From contig NW_024704743.1 in assembly GCF_018977255.1 (NCBI RefSeq), forward strand, positions 43,774,001-43,838,000: 64,000 nucleotides of DNA. The letters are read 5' to 3'. Made by a program: the position numbers and the translations under genes. The notes beneath the pieces are model-generated. The model was given only the letters and a program-made list of their open reading frames with translations. It did no database searches and had not been told where the DNA came from. This document shows, in pieces, positions 46,523-60,025 of this stretch (positions are counted from its first letter, which is position 1; every line of letters starts with the position of its first letter). The DNA comes from Callorhinchus milii (lineage: Eukaryota).

Positions 46523-47849
46523 ATACTAATCATATGACTCCTATTGTTTTGGTTAATGCTGTTTATTGCCAAATTCATGATGAACAAATATCCACACTGT
46601 CTTATTATCCACAATGAAGCTGGCCCAATTTACTGCTCTCTACTGTATCACCAAGAATGTCTTTTTAAGTGCTATTGAATTGTTGTATTTCTAAATAGCA
46701 CAAGACATGCCTGTAGGCAACCTGGATAGAAACTGGAGAAGATAAACAGGCAGTCACTTGCAGTAAAGTGCTGTCGGTGTTCTTTGGAAAAGCAGTTAGC
46801 AAGTTGATTGCCGGATGATTGGGTGAGTCAAGGTACATCTACATCAAATCTACATGGGGCAGACAAGGGCTAGATCAAGGGCTCTTTTTCTGTGTTGACA
46901 AGGCACTGCAGTACAGACAAAGTTGTATACTGCTTACAAAACCAGTCACTACATTTTACTGCAAAATGCTTAGACATTTGACTGCGAAGTACTTCGACAT
47001 TTCAATGTGATAACCTGCTCTGAAAATGCAAGTTTTTTTTTGCCTTTCTTTTTTCAGTAGTCTGAACACCATTTCCTACAGTAGTGTCACTCATTTCCCA
47101 CACTCTCTCCATTGCAGACTTTTAGTCAGATTGTTATTTATGTCGATTGTTTAGAGCTGTTTTTCTGCAGACTCATCCAATGGGATTTGCTGAAAGCTCG
47201 ATTCACTTAGAACCCATAATATCCAGCAGAGGAATCCAATCCTCACACTCCCCATCTGCATAGCCCAGATCTGAACCTAGGTCCCACAGCTGATGGCAAA
47301 GAATTCTAACACAGAGGGTTGCTGCACATTACCCACGCCATAATCACCTATACAGATTTTATAAAAATGACTAAGATCTAAATAATCTTCCTTCCTTTGC
47401 CTGTGGCAGGGACTCATCTCTGTATATCTTTCCTTCGGCCAGGGATGCAGGTGAACAGGATCAGTGACTATCACCAGCTTCGCTGAGATTATGTGTGCTG
47501 TATCCAATGTAAGGTGAGCTGAGCGGTAGTTTTTAACTCCACGGTTGAATGCTTCAGACTCAGCTCAGAGTGCAGTACTTAGCTCAAAAGAATGACAAGC
47601 TGAAAGCTGCATTTCAAATATAAGCTTTTGGGAATCAAAATATTCTTATGACCGCACTTCAGATTTTTTTTAGAAATGTTCTTTTCTTGCAGATTGTGTG
47701 TTCATTTGACATATTGGGATCTAACTTGTGATTCAGTATTTGCAAACCATATTTGTTGTATTAAATGCAACTTCCAGTTTGCAACTTCCTATTTTGTAAA
47801 TCTAACATTGCAATTAACCCAAAGAATCCAGTTTCCGAACATCAGAAAT

Positions 47850-48235
47850 TGGTTCCCTATTATAGAGTGAATTTGCGTTATAACGCTGTGGTTGAGATCA
47901 ACAGCAACAACAACTGGTATTTATATGGAGTTCCTCACTAGGGTGGTGTCTTGGAGAGCTTAACAATGATGTAGCTTGACACCAAGCTGGGAAGAGGAGG
48001 GAGTTGACCATCGGCACGGTCGAAGAGGAAGGTCTTCAGATACGATCCATGAAATCTATAAAAACTGGTTTCACTGGAAAAAGGTGTTTCACTGCACATG
48101 ACCAGTTCACTCTGCCAATTCCCAGGCTAAATAAAATGGCCAACTTCCAGATTGGTTGTTGTCATTGCTCTTTCCTGTTTGCTGCAAATGTGCAAAGCAA
48201 AAAGTGTCGGTGGTAGTGACATGTTGATATGGACA
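47850..48235. mobile_element. Tigger-like element fragment interrupted by an L2 tail (47899-48040, -)
   Basis: cctattatagagtgaatttgcgttataacgc; ggctaaataaaatggccaacttccag shared with 59060 and 59500. Confidence 0.55.
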
Positions 48236-49759
48236 CTTTATTCACAATTTCTTCCTTTCTTTTCAAAGAGGCAGTGAGTACACCAATTTACTCCACTGAT
48301 GGATTTAAAACAGAGCTCAGATTGCACAGGTCTGTAAATAAAACCCAGGTTGTTTAAATCAAGCTCAGGATTATTTATGTATACAGTGATGTCAGCTTGA
48401 ACATTTTCTCTCATTATTTGCGATTTATAAAAATACATTTGGCTTAATCTGTGAAGATCACTCCAGAGGGCACATTTATGTATCATTTGTGAAGAATTTG
48501 TGCTATGCATAAATGAAGAGGTTTAATCAGGCTGCATTTAAAAGTGTGAACTCCAAGCTGTCAATACATTTAAACAGTACACTTTTTTAATGGACTACGA
48601 GTGCACACTAGCAAAAATAAATACTGTGAAATGGAATCAATCCAGAAGCACAGGCCTGAGAAATGACTTTCATTAGACCATCATTTTCCATTAATCACTG
48701 GCTTTAAGTAAAACACATGCCGGTAGAAAAATAAATTTAAACATAGGAGTTCATATCACAGTTTTGATAAGTGTTGCTCTCTTTGGTTTAATTATAACTG
48801 TCGTTACTTATACCTTAGAATGCATTTGCCACCTTTCTGGCTCAGTAAGATTGCAATGCATTACTTCGCATGTAAATCCATTCGACGATACACGGAGCAA
48901 GTGTGAAGAGAGGCTTTCTGCTCATATTGAATGCCAGAAATGACACACATCAGAGGTTTGTGTAATTGTGTCTGAGCAGAGATTACTACACTTTACGTGA
49001 AGGGATTACGTATTGGCTTCAGTGCTTCTGGTTGAGTGAAGCTGAATTTGGATCAGCCCTGACCATTTATTTCAATGGATTTCTTTTGTTCTTTAAAATG
49101 TATTTTTCAATTCATGTTTTGAATTATGTTGTTGGAATATTTCAAATTCTGGCACCATTTGGGAATAAACGGGTCGGTGACAATATTTTACAAATCAGAA
49201 AAATAAGCGTCAAATCTTTGTACATGTGTGTATGTAAAAATATTGTCAATTATACTGTCTCAATGCAATATAAATCTGAGCAGTGCTTTACTGTTATTTC
49301 ACTCATAAAGTGCAGTGGGGTGTGACTCACAGATTAATAGTAACCAGTCTGCAGTCAAAAGACATGGGTTAATCCCTGTCTTTACAGTGATTGCACTCTT
49401 TAACTTTTTGAAAGTGTTCACTCAGTTGAACAATGGTAAAGATTCTCACCCTCTCAGTTTCTTTGCCTAGTACACACTCAGTTTCAGTTGGGTTGCAACC
49501 TGAAATAATGAATGCTGTAAATTAAAATTTAATCACAATGCAGGGAACAATTTCAGGACTGCACATGTTTTGTCTGTCGTACAATGGCCCATCAATTCCA
49601 TATCTGAAAACTGTTGTTTATTACATTTCATCAAGATGTAGGACAGCACAGCTGAATCTGTCATGGGAAATTTCACTGAGGCAAACAAGGTGTTGTTATA
49701 AAACTATCAAAACCCAGTTTTGAGCATGATTCAGGCCCCAGTAAGAATATTCAGTCCCC

Positions 49760-50375
49760 CAATTACAAATAATGCATGGAGAAGTTGCAGAGGAGATTCA
49801 CAGGGTTAATATTTGGGATGACAGGCTTCAGGTATGAGGAGAGACAAGAAGGATATTGTAGTATTGGAGAGAGTGAAACATAAATGTACAAGGATGTTAC
49901 CAAAGAAGAACGGGTACATTTATAAAGAAAAATTGAACAAAGTGGAGACAAATGAGAGGGGATCTGACAGAGGTGTTTAAGGTTAGGAAAGGATTCAATA
50001 AGATGGACACTGAAAGCATGTTTCCACTTGCTGTTATGTCCAAAGTGTGAAGGAATAAACAGAAGATAGCCAGTGACAGATCTGATAGGGAGCTTCAACC
50101 AGGGGGTAATGAGAATGTGGAACTCAACAACAACAACAACAACAACAACAAAATTACATTTATAGAGCGCCTTTCACGTCAGGAAGATGTCCCAAAGCGC
50201 TGAACAATCAGGCTGAAGCTGCGGTTGAAGCAAAAAGCATCAATGTATTCAAGACAAAACATGATACAGGCATGTGGGAAAAGGGAAAAGAGAGGTGTAT
50301 GGGAGAGCAAAAGGAGGGATAGGAGCTCACGTAGAGAATAAACACTGGGGTAGACTAGTTGGACTAAATGGATTT
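49760..50375 (+). mobile_element. Old CR1 3' fragment with a nested L2 tail (50125-50205, -)
   Basis: gcagaggagattcacagggttaat, ggggatctgacagaggtgtttaa, atgtggaactc. Confidence 0.8.
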
Positions 50376-50389
50376 AATATAAATTCAAA

Positions 50390-51342
50390 AATGGTAATGG
50401 AGAAAATAATGGGATGATCGATAGACACATCTCCAGGACCTGCTGGGTTCTACCCCAGAGTATTAAAGGGGTTTGGATATCCATGCACACAAATCACTAA
50501 AAGCAAGCTCAAAAGCTAGATAATTGTTTGGGGAGGACAAGTTTGCAGGGCTATGGGGAGGGAGCGGGGGTGTGGAATTAAATTGGATAGCTCTTTTCAA
50601 AGAGCTGGCACAGACATGATGGGCTGAATGGCTTCCCTCTGTGCTTTATAATTCTATGATTCTATGAAGTACAAAAAGTTATCAAAAAGACTAATGGGAT
50701 ATTGGCCTATATCTCAAGGGGGCTAGAATATAAAGGAGAGGAGATGATGGTCCAATTGTATAGAGCCTTGGTCAGATCCCATCTAGAGACTGCATTCAGT
50801 TTTGGGCATCACACCTCAGGAAGGATATATTGGCTCTGGAGGGGGTGCAGCTCTGATTCACCAGAATGATACCGGGGCTTAAAGGTTAAATGATGAGGAC
50901 AGGTTGCATGAAGTCAGTCTCTATTTCCTTGAGTTTAGAAGGTTGAAGGGTGATCTGGTTGAGGTTTTTAAAATAATAAAGGAATTCGATAGGGTAGCTA
51001 CAGAGAAACTAGTTCCTCGGGTGGGAGGATTCAGAACAAGGGGCATAATCTTAAAATTAGAACCTGGCCATTTAGGAGTGAAATTAGGAGGCAGTTTTTC
51101 ACCCAAAGGACAGCAGAAATCTGGAACTCTCTCCCTCAAAAGGTTGTGGATTCTGGATCTATTCACATTTTCAAGACTGAGGTGGATAGATATTTCTTAG
51201 GTCAGGATATCAAGGGATACGGGGCAAGGGCGGGTAACTGGAGTTGAGGTACAGATTAGCCATGATCTTATAGAATAGTGGAACGGGTTTGAGGTGTTGA
51301 ATGGCCTACTTCTATTTCTACCTTTCTATGTTTCTATATTTC
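50390..51342 (+). mobile_element. CR1 ORF2 3' region with a second CR1 3' end nested at ~50510-50666
   Basis: NGILAYISRGLEYKGEE..LYRALVR, RRLKGDLVEVFKII; two (ttctatg)n tails. Confidence 0.92.
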
Positions 51343-52092
51343 TAAATGGCTTGTTTCTGTGCTGTATCATTTTATGTGCAAACTGAGATTATTTTCACTA
51401 GAATAGAGAAGACTGTCAGATCAATCAGGGGCATTCCAATGGGGTTGCCCTAGAGCTCTCATTCTCATAAAGCCCAGTGTCTCCTATTGCACGAATTACA
51501 CCTAATTTCAAATGAATGCAAAAAGCTCTGCACACTTCAGGCCATTCTTTCACATTGATTCTGATCAAAGAGCACCTTTTCAATCTTAAATGCATATATA
51601 TATATATATAATGTGCATACATATTAATATTATTTTGGAATTGCTTGCATCAAATTCAATGCACACACAGATAAATACTGTATAAAACTAGGCCCTCTCG
51701 TCTGACTTAACTAGTCAAATGCAAGTAATCATAACTAACACAACCAAAGTCTTCACAAAAATATTGTGGCACTCAGTGTAAACCTAACATATTGAGCTCA
51801 GAGTGATTCTGTTGCAAAGCCTTACTCTCTGAAGAAAACAGTTGGATTGCCTGCCTAAGCTATGAAAGCTTTTCCTGATTTTCTAAACTACCTTTCTCCC
51901 CTATTTATCTAGAAAGTGGATGAATAGTAAATAGATTTTAGCAGATCAGTAAAGTTCTGTCAATGGAACATTGAGGTTTCGAAAGGGATAATTTAATGGC
52001 TCCAGTGCGTTAACAACCTCAAATTCTACCATAATTCTATTAGCATGAAAGAACATAAAAAGAGCATTTTCGTTGCAGTTTATTCTATGTAA

Positions 52093-52908
52093 CAGTCCTT
52101 GCATTTGATATAGAGCCTTGCCAGCCATGCTGTAGAGACATCTCAATGCATTTCACAGGATTTTTACAGTGAAATATAGTAACTGTATATGTATGGGTGA
52201 ATACTGCTGCCAATTTGCACACAGCAATGACCCCAGAAGTGAATGACCAATTTTAACCGGGGGATTGTTGACCAGAACACTGGGAGAAACTCCCTTCTTT
52301 TTCTAATAGTGCCATGGGATCTTTAACAACCATTTGAATAGGCAGACAGGCTGTGATTTAATGTCTCATCTGAAGAAAGGCACCTCAAAAAATACAACAT
52401 TCCCCCAACAACAACAAATTACATTTGTATAGTGCCTTTCACATTGGGATGACATCCCAATGCACTGGACAGTCAAGATTTGCACCTGATTAGAGGGGGT
52501 TCGTAGAGGGAGTGACAGGAGAGGAAGGAGCAAGGTTGGGTAGCAAGGACTCAATTCAGGAGCTTGGAAAGAAAAAGGATATTGGAGATGGGATGGTAGT
52601 GGGACAGCAGGGATAGGTCCAGGGAAGGTTTTTTGAGGGTGGGGTGATGATGGCAGTTTTTCAGAGGGTGGGAACGGTGCGTGTGGACAAGGAGAAGTTG
52701 ATAATGTTGTAAATAGAGAGGCACAGAGATGGAGCTGGGAGGTAAGGAGAGCTGTAGGGATGGGGTCAAGAGAACAACTGTTGGAGTGCACTGCGCTGGA
52801 GTATTACCATAGACTCATTTAGTTCAAAGTCCCAATATCGGGCTTGAAAACCTTTACAACCTTCTGACTCAGAGTCTGAGAGTGCTACAAACAGTGCTAG
52901 GCTGACAC
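52093..52908 (-). mobile_element. Deu-domain SINE interrupted by an internally deleted L2 (52407-52790, -)
   Basis: SINE halves at 52093-52406 and 52790-52908; insert has a (caa)n tail plus SCSLDPIPT..LKKPSLD..YHPISN. Confidence 0.83.
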
Positions 52909-53614
52909 AATATATAATGAATTTAGTCATAGGATGAAGTGGAGGCTTTCAGCTAGTTACTGCTAACCTGCTTGAACACACAATCATGCACCACATACTT
53001 GTGGCTTTGCCCATGAATCATATACTCAGTAAACAAACACTGCAACCTCTGAGTCACTTCTCCACCCCTTACTGAATTGTTGAGAAACATTTATACAAAC
53101 CTCTCATTCAAGATTTTATCATTATCCATTTCAATGGTTCTCTCAGATGTAGATATAATTTAGACAAAAATAAATCCTCTGTAGCCAAATCATGTTGCAG
53201 TATATTGTTCAGATGAAGGAACCACCTTGCCAATCTCACCATTGTTCTTTCGACTGTGTTCTTGGAGGGGGGACTACTTACACTAACATCTGAAAATAGT
53301 CATCTTTTTGCTACCTCTTATATAATGGGATAATAAAGATATAGCATACATATTGCCACAATTCAGCGTGTTCTTAAATTTTAAGACAAAATGGTCTTAA
53401 GAACCTGAACTTCCTTCATATCAAAACAGAAAGTGTTTTGTGCCTTGTATGCTTGTAAAATCAGATGGATTTCCTGAGGCATTCACAAGAGTATACCAAC
53501 ATTATCAAGCTTCAGCTTCCCTGAGAGGCTATCTCAAAGATGGAAATGTTGTTGCTATTATTGGTATGTGAACATTAGCAGGGTATAGATGAAGATATAT
53601 AATAATATAATGGT

Positions 53615-53715
53615 TATCCATGCATTTTATACAGTGCCTTGTCATGTCATCGAGACATCTCAAAAAACTTCACAGGATTTCCTGTAAGGTGTAGTTACTC
53701 TGTATTTTTCAGGGG
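53615..53715 (-). mobile_element. SINE 3' tail fragment
   Basis: tgcattttatacagtgcctt...gacatctcaaa..ttcacagga. Confidence 0.65.
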
Positions 53716-54109
53716 AAGATATCCCTGGACTTACAATAAAGAAGTAGTGTGATTTCAGTTATCCCTGGACCATTATTGAACAATCAGCAGCCTCACGATC
53801 AATCTCACTGCAGCAAACAGGACATGTGGTGTGATCTTACGTCCTGGAGTTCAGCCAAGAGAGAGATCTTGGAGGACCAATCTCATGTTTGGTTCATAGG
53901 GTCATGATGAATAACAGTTGTTTGCAAACCCCTCCATCTTCATATCAAATTAAAAGACTTAAAGAGAAAAAAAGATAAATGGGCTCAGCATCCTCTCTCA
54001 GGATTCTTGAAATCAAAGTTTATTTGTGCTGGTGTAAATTCAGTCAGTGCATAAATACAGTTGCTTCTATTTACACTACTTTTATCCATCTCATTTATCT
54101 TTGATCTAC

Positions 54110-54440
54110 TTCGGGAATTGAATCCTATCCCTACCATTTCTTGGGGGGAGGGGTGTCAGCTCTGTGTCTGACACATGTGGAAACCCACCATTGTGCTTAA
54201 GAGTATCCAAACCAGACTGGGAGGTCCATGCGACCACCTTCTGAATGCCAAACTCTCTCTCTCTGCAAGGATGTATTCTGCTGACCTAATTCTGGAAGGT
54301 ATTGGCCCAGGTTGGCTAAAACTAAGACTTAGTGACTCCAGAGTGTATGCCGGGGTAATCCTGGAGTCGAACCAGTTAAAAATGCATAGCATGCCATTCA
54401 GAGCACTATCTGGCAAGCTTCCCACTGCTTGTCCAACGAG
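54110..54440 (+). repeat. Unclassified interspersed repeat (TGTGTCTGACACA family)
   Basis: tgtgtctgacacatgtggaaaccc..tgcttaagagtatccaaaccagactg. Confidence 0.72.
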
Positions 54441-54489
54441 AACATATGCTGTATCTCCCTCAAGCAATCTACATAATTGCTATTAGTAT

Positions 54490-54717
54490 CAAGTTCTCAT
54501 GGTCTTAGACCATAAGGCCATTTGCCTTAAAATTTAAAATCACAGAGAATTGTAGAATATTCTTAAATTTATTCTTAATTTGGAAGTCTTTTTTAGGGAC
54601 TGCAGAAATCTGGTTTCCAAATTTAGAGTAATTTTAAAATATTTCTACAATTCTTCACAAACTGAAATTTTAAGACAAAAACTAAAACTAGGCTAAAACT
54701 AGTTGGAATTCTAGGCC
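54490..54717. mobile_element. AT-rich palindromic MITE (possibly PIF/Harbinger-type end)
   Basis: ttaaaattt...aaattttaa arms; right end gaattctaggcc. Confidence 0.6.
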
Positions 54718-54829
54718 TTTGTTTGCTACAATCCAATACTTCAGTTGACACTCTGGAGACAAAGTTATTTTTATAGCTATAAAAATATGTAAAATATGAA
54801 AAATATGCCAGATAATAAGTGATAATTCA

Positions 54830-55321
54830 AACACCCTCCTGCTGCACTATTCACAAAATTCAACTAATTCAAAACTCCACGGCCTGCAATCTCACCCGCA
54901 CTAATCTCCATACCTCCATTACACCAGTCCTTGTCAAATTCCATTGGCTCATTGTCACAGAGCATCAATTTCAAGTTCTTTATTCTTGTATTTAAATCCC
55001 TTCAGGCCCTGGAATCCCCCTATCTCTCTAACCTGCTCTCTCTCTATGCTACTATCCGCTGCCTTTGCTTGACTGGCTCTGGCCTCCTCCTTATCCCTGG
55101 ACCCTCCGCCCCACCATTGGCGGCTGTGGCTTCAGCCATTACATCCCAAAGCTGTGGAACTCTCACTCGCAATCCCGCCACCTTGCCCTCTCTCCCCATT
55201 TCCAGTTCATGCTTCCTCTCCGTCACCATCCGCCTCCCCATGGCTCAGCATCGGGCACTCTTAAGCTCTCCGCGATGCCATCCAACATGAAGGGCGCTAT
55301 ATAAATGCAAGTTGTTGTTGT
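54830..55321 (+). mobile_element. L2 3' fragment
   Basis: INFKFFILVFKSL..PYLSNLL; gggcgctatataaatgcaag(ttg)n. Confidence 0.9.
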
Positions 55322-56074
55322 AAGTGATGATGTGTACTTATAATGAGAAATACTTACTGATAAGAAAATTTCACCCCCTTATATGTGGTTGACTGTAGCT
55401 GCTTGCGCCTTGGTTGATACCTTCTCTCTTCCCTGCCTTCCCACAGCTCTTATTTTTTCAGCATCTCTCCAACTGACCTGCCCTCTCACCATCTCTCCTG
55501 ACAGATGTCTCCTCAACATGTTGTCATTGGCGTCACAGGGGCTGGAGCTGCGAGATGAGAGACACTGGGCTCCACAAAGCTATGAATTGTGGACACCAAT
55601 ATGTGCCTGAAGGGGTTTCACTGTAAATTGGTCCAGTATGAAGGAAACAGGAATCAATTTATAAACGTAAAATCAATAAATACAGCACAAGATGTCTGTT
55701 TACCTGATGCATAGAGAGGCACTGGTGTCTCAAGCTGTAGGCAGAATGTTTGACTTGTGGCACCATTGCCTGTACCACAGCTCAAGTATTCTGATATCAA
55801 CACGGAAAGCAAACAAACTTCACATGCCTTGTATGTCACAAAAACGAAATTACATCACATAATGTACTATCCAATTTCATTGGTCATCAAGAAGATGAAT
55901 CACAGTTCGAAGGCGAATACCACACTTGGCACAAAAATAGCCAATTTATTACAATCCTAGTCTTCATTATACAAAAGGAACTTATGTGAGCTCCTTACAG
56001 TTTAACGAGTATGCATTACCCAACTGTTGCACACATTTCATACAAACAGGTAACCACTTTGTAGTTTAAACTGG

Positions 56075-56230
56075 CAATCCACTTCATGGCTCTCTGTGGG
56101 ACATTGCAATGCACAAAGTGGCCACTGCATTCACCTACAAAATCCAGTCACTACACTTTACATTAAATCCTGTGAAGCACTTTGAGACAATGGGATAAGA
56201 CGCTGTATCAAATGTAAGGACTTTATTTAT
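56075..56230 (+). mobile_element. Deu-SINE 3' fragment
   Basis: tgtgggacattgcaatgcac...cgctgtatcaaatgtaagg. Confidence 0.75.
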
Positions 56231-57224
56231 AATTTATTTCACTGAACATCTCCTATTTTTAAAAAAAACAGCTAGCACTTGATTTAAACAAACTTCAAAT
56301 GGTTTCATATCTGCAGTATCATTAAAGCTCCTGCATCATTAAATCACACACTAAATTAGGGCACTCATGTCTTTCATTCATCTGGGGAATAAGAGACACT
56401 CAGCCTAAAGGGGCCAGTTGCATATCACAACTAACAATAGAGTGATCATTGTTTTCTTACTTAAATACCCTCACTAAGTCCATACTGACCAAGCAGGTTA
56501 GAATCATCTGCTAATACTGAATGAAAATGTGTGTTCCATGTTTACATTTTATTCCAATCAATTCCTTGCAGAATAAGGAATTTTATCAATCAGTTCCCAG
56601 GTGGTGATGTTATCATAATAATAATATCATCATTATGTTTGGATTTGATATGATCAATGCAATATATATATTTCTGCTACTACATTACTGCATGATAAAA
56701 ATACTATTTAACTTTGTAAAGAAAGAATGAATGCTATCACTTTTCAATCTCATAGTCAAAGACAATTGTCAAACTAAAACAAAATAACTCCAAATGATGC
56801 TCAAAACAGCCAGCAGCAATACTAGCAGATGCTACATTTGATAATATGAGCCATTTGCTCTGTGTATACTTCAGTGTCATTTGATTAAAAGATCTACATT
56901 ATGGTTGAAACATTATAGACCAAATATCGACTTCCATTCTGCATCATATCTCTGCCTTCCAATTTATTTTTTTCTATTTTGTACTTTTTAAACTCTTATT
57001 TTTTTTTCCTTTATTTGTTTTCTCGCTCTTCATTCTATGAAGTCCGTGTAAATTTAAATTTAGCTTCTGGGCTGGAAATTCGAGGATTCTATGGCAATGG
57101 CTTTTCTGTGCTGTAAATGTTCTGATTTTACTGGAGTGAAATGATCCTGCATCTAACAACAGGTATTGGGGAACATGGAACCTGATTCACGTTGATGGAA
57201 GACTGAAGAAAGTTCAGTGCTTAA

Positions 57225-57345
57225 TTATAATAATTAATAATTCTTGCATTTGGTATAAGCTTTTTACGTCAGGGAGGAAGTCCCAATGCACTTCACAAGA
57301 TTTTACTGTGAGGTGGAATGACTGTGTATTTGTGGCTGAACAGCT
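57225..57345 (-). mobile_element. SINE 3' tail fragment
   Basis: (aat)n tcttgcatttggtataagc..acgtcagggagg. Confidence 0.7.
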
Positions 57346-58586
57346 ACAGTGCTTAGTTCCGTACGAACAGAAATGCAATACTTGGTGTTAGTTTTTAATG
57401 TTTTTAAATAGTTGGCTGGGCCCTAGAGGCTGCAGACTCGCCTGGCTCAGAAACCAAACTACCGAGACCGCCAAGATGACATGCCAAACATGCCATTTTG
57501 GAGACAGTTGAGTTCCAAGGAAACCCTGCTTGCCCCCCACCCCTCCCCACAAGGAGGATCACTTTAATATATAAGGGGTCAGATTCCACTATTGAGTCAG
57601 CTCAAGGCTTTTCCTTTGAAAGTAACCCCAAAGTACAGGGACTTCAGTTACCTACACAAAGCTTTGACTGAGCGATGGTAATTGTCATTTCAAAACAGCT
57701 GAAATCTTTCAACTGAAAGAGTAACTTAGTTCATACAGTTGTTCTTTGTTCTTTGTGCATGATCTCTCATCTGTTAAGTAATTAGATGTTATTAGGTAAT
57801 ATCTGTACTCCCTGGAGAACCCTCTGCCTTCTGTAAGAGACTAGGAGTGCAGCAGGGGACTTTGCTGAGTCCAGCAGTTTTAGAGGAATCCTTATTGACC
57901 TTGAGGAGTCATTTTACTAAAAAGGCAAGTCCCAGAAAGGCATAGCTAAGAGAACACTGGGGAAAGATGTTGTTTATGTGAAGTTAAATATAAGAGAAGC
58001 TTTTATAAGACCTTTGGATTTGTAGCACAGGGTAAAGCTGCACTCTCCCTTCAATGAGTCTGAGCTGCAACCTCAGACAAGCACCTTCAGGATAACATTT
58101 CTATTGCCCATATCAGCAATTCTTACAGCTTTCCCTGAGTGACACAAGCAGCTTAATGCCAATTAGTGCTGAACTGCTGCTTGTCTTGTGTTGTGTGCTC
58201 ACGTCCAGTAAGAAATGGGTTGTGATTTCTCCAAACTCACTTTAGACTCTTATCTAGCAAACAGGAGAGTTTAATCGCTTCAGTCTGGACAGCAGTTGAA
58301 TCTCAGACCCAGCATGTTGCTGTCCTGTGGGACTCTGCCTCTCTATGGGACAGTTACAGAGCAAAATTCATAAGGCCCTGGGGGATATCTGCTGAAATAT
58401 ATAGTTTATCAATCTGAAGAGGAGGTATGGTTAATGAAGGGGCAGCAACGACACTGAAAGATTTAGTCAATATAAACATAATAATACCATGACTGTGAGT
58501 CCATTACTTAATCCCCCAGTGAGTCTGTGTCCAGTAGTCTCCAGATAGGCCAGAATCTGAATGTCTCATGTCAACAATTCATTTGT

Positions 58587-58892
58587 GGAGTCCTGTAGCT
58601 CAGGGGTTAGAGCACTCACCTTGCAAACGAGACACCTGGGTTCAATTCCAGGCAGGGCGAAACCTTGGGCAAGTTTCCTTACTCCACATGCCTAATAATA
58701 ATCCCTCCAAAACAAAAGAAACAATAATAAATTGGTCATTTTCAATCCACGACTGTTTGGGACATTGCTGTGCATAATTGGCTGCCGTGTTTCGCCCACA
58801 AATATATAGTCAATTCACTTTACAGTATATTCTGTGAAGCGCTTTGAGACGTATAGAAGACGTGAAAAGCATTATATCAAATGCAAGGATTA
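58587..58892 (+). mobile_element. SINE2-1_CM-like SINE, short form
   Basis: Full head to tail. Confidence 0.93.
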
Positions 58893-58965
58893 CCTTTTAT
58901 CTTTATTAGGGGAAGGGCATAGCAGACAACTGCCACCATGACTGGGTAACAAGTGCACGTTAAAT

Positions 58966-59545
58966 TCAGTGTGGCCCATTATAACGTGCCTCCATATAAC
59001 ATTAATTTAGTTGTAACACGGTTGCAGTGTGGACCTATGTGCACAGCGGAACCATTTTGGCTAAAATGGCCGACATCCAGGCCATTGGGTCACCATTGAT
59101 GTCACTTTCTGTTTTGTACAATGGCAACAAACAAGAATTGAGTGATGTTAGTGGTGACACGGTGACTCTGTCATTGTAGCTTCCTGTGATTCTGCCCCTA
59201 CTCTCTCAAAACCCATTCCAGAGTCCTCCTCCTTCCCTGCTTTTAAAGACCACCTTGCCAATCTGACAACACTTTCAATCAACTCATCCCTACCCCCACC
59301 CCCTCAGCTCAGGTGCCCAGCGAGAGCTGTGTGAAGCACTTTGAGATGGCCTCCAGATGTAAGAGGTGCTACAAAAATATTAATAATATGGTACTATATA
59401 AAAATGGAGGACGTCCCAGTTATCACGTCACTTACTGTTTGCATATGCAGAATAAGCCAGAAGTGAAAGTGTTGTGTGCGGTGACGTGATGACCTGGAAG
59501 TCAGCAATTTTTTGTTTAGCCCAGGAACTGGTCAAGAGTTGAACT
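58966..59545. mobile_element. Tigger-like element(s) with internal palindromes; L2 fragment at ~59205-59375
   Basis: cagtgtggcccattataacg..tataac..gttgtaacacgg TIR-like start; hairpins at 59088-59158 and 59400-59512 (tcacgtcac/gtgacgtga). Confidence 0.55.
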
Positions 59546-59588
59546 GGAGTTTATTTGTACAATCTATAGATGCCTTAACAGTAAAAGT

Positions 59589-60025
59589 GTCAGCCTGGTT
59601 CAGTTGGTAGCATTCTCACTCTGGGTCAGGAGGCTGTGGCTTCAAGCCACATGTTGGGACTTTGAACTCCCAAATCTATGCTGACAATCTGATGCAATGT
59701 TGGGAGTGTACTGGGTTTTTGGAACTCCATCCTTCAGATAAGAGACTTTAAATCAAAGTCTGGTCTGTTTTGGTGGATGTTAAAGATCCTACTCAAAAAG
59801 GAAAGGGAATTTCTTCCGGTTTCTTGGCCAGCAATCTTCCAGATAAAATTATTTACTTACTTCATGACTGTTTGTGGGACATTGTTGTGTGCAATTGTGT
59901 TGTTGTGTTTCCCTAAAAATACACAGTCACTCCATTTCACAGTAATTCCTGTGAAAGTCCATGAGACGTCCTTCCAAAGTGATAAGGCACTATACCAAAT
60001 GCAAGGTTATTATTATTATAATTAT
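59589..60025 (+). mobile_element. Deu-domain SINE (SacSINE1-like), full length
   Basis: gtcagcctggttcagttggtagcattctc...gttaaagatcc...gtttgtgggacattg...(att)n. Confidence 0.87.

Noticed and set aside
47438..47512. Plus-strand exon between ttccttcggccag and gtgagc
   Set aside because: Stops in all three frames and no other support.
54168..54184. Hammerhead core in ctgacacatgtggaaac
   Set aside because: It has CUGA and GAAAC but lacks the required NGA in every copy.
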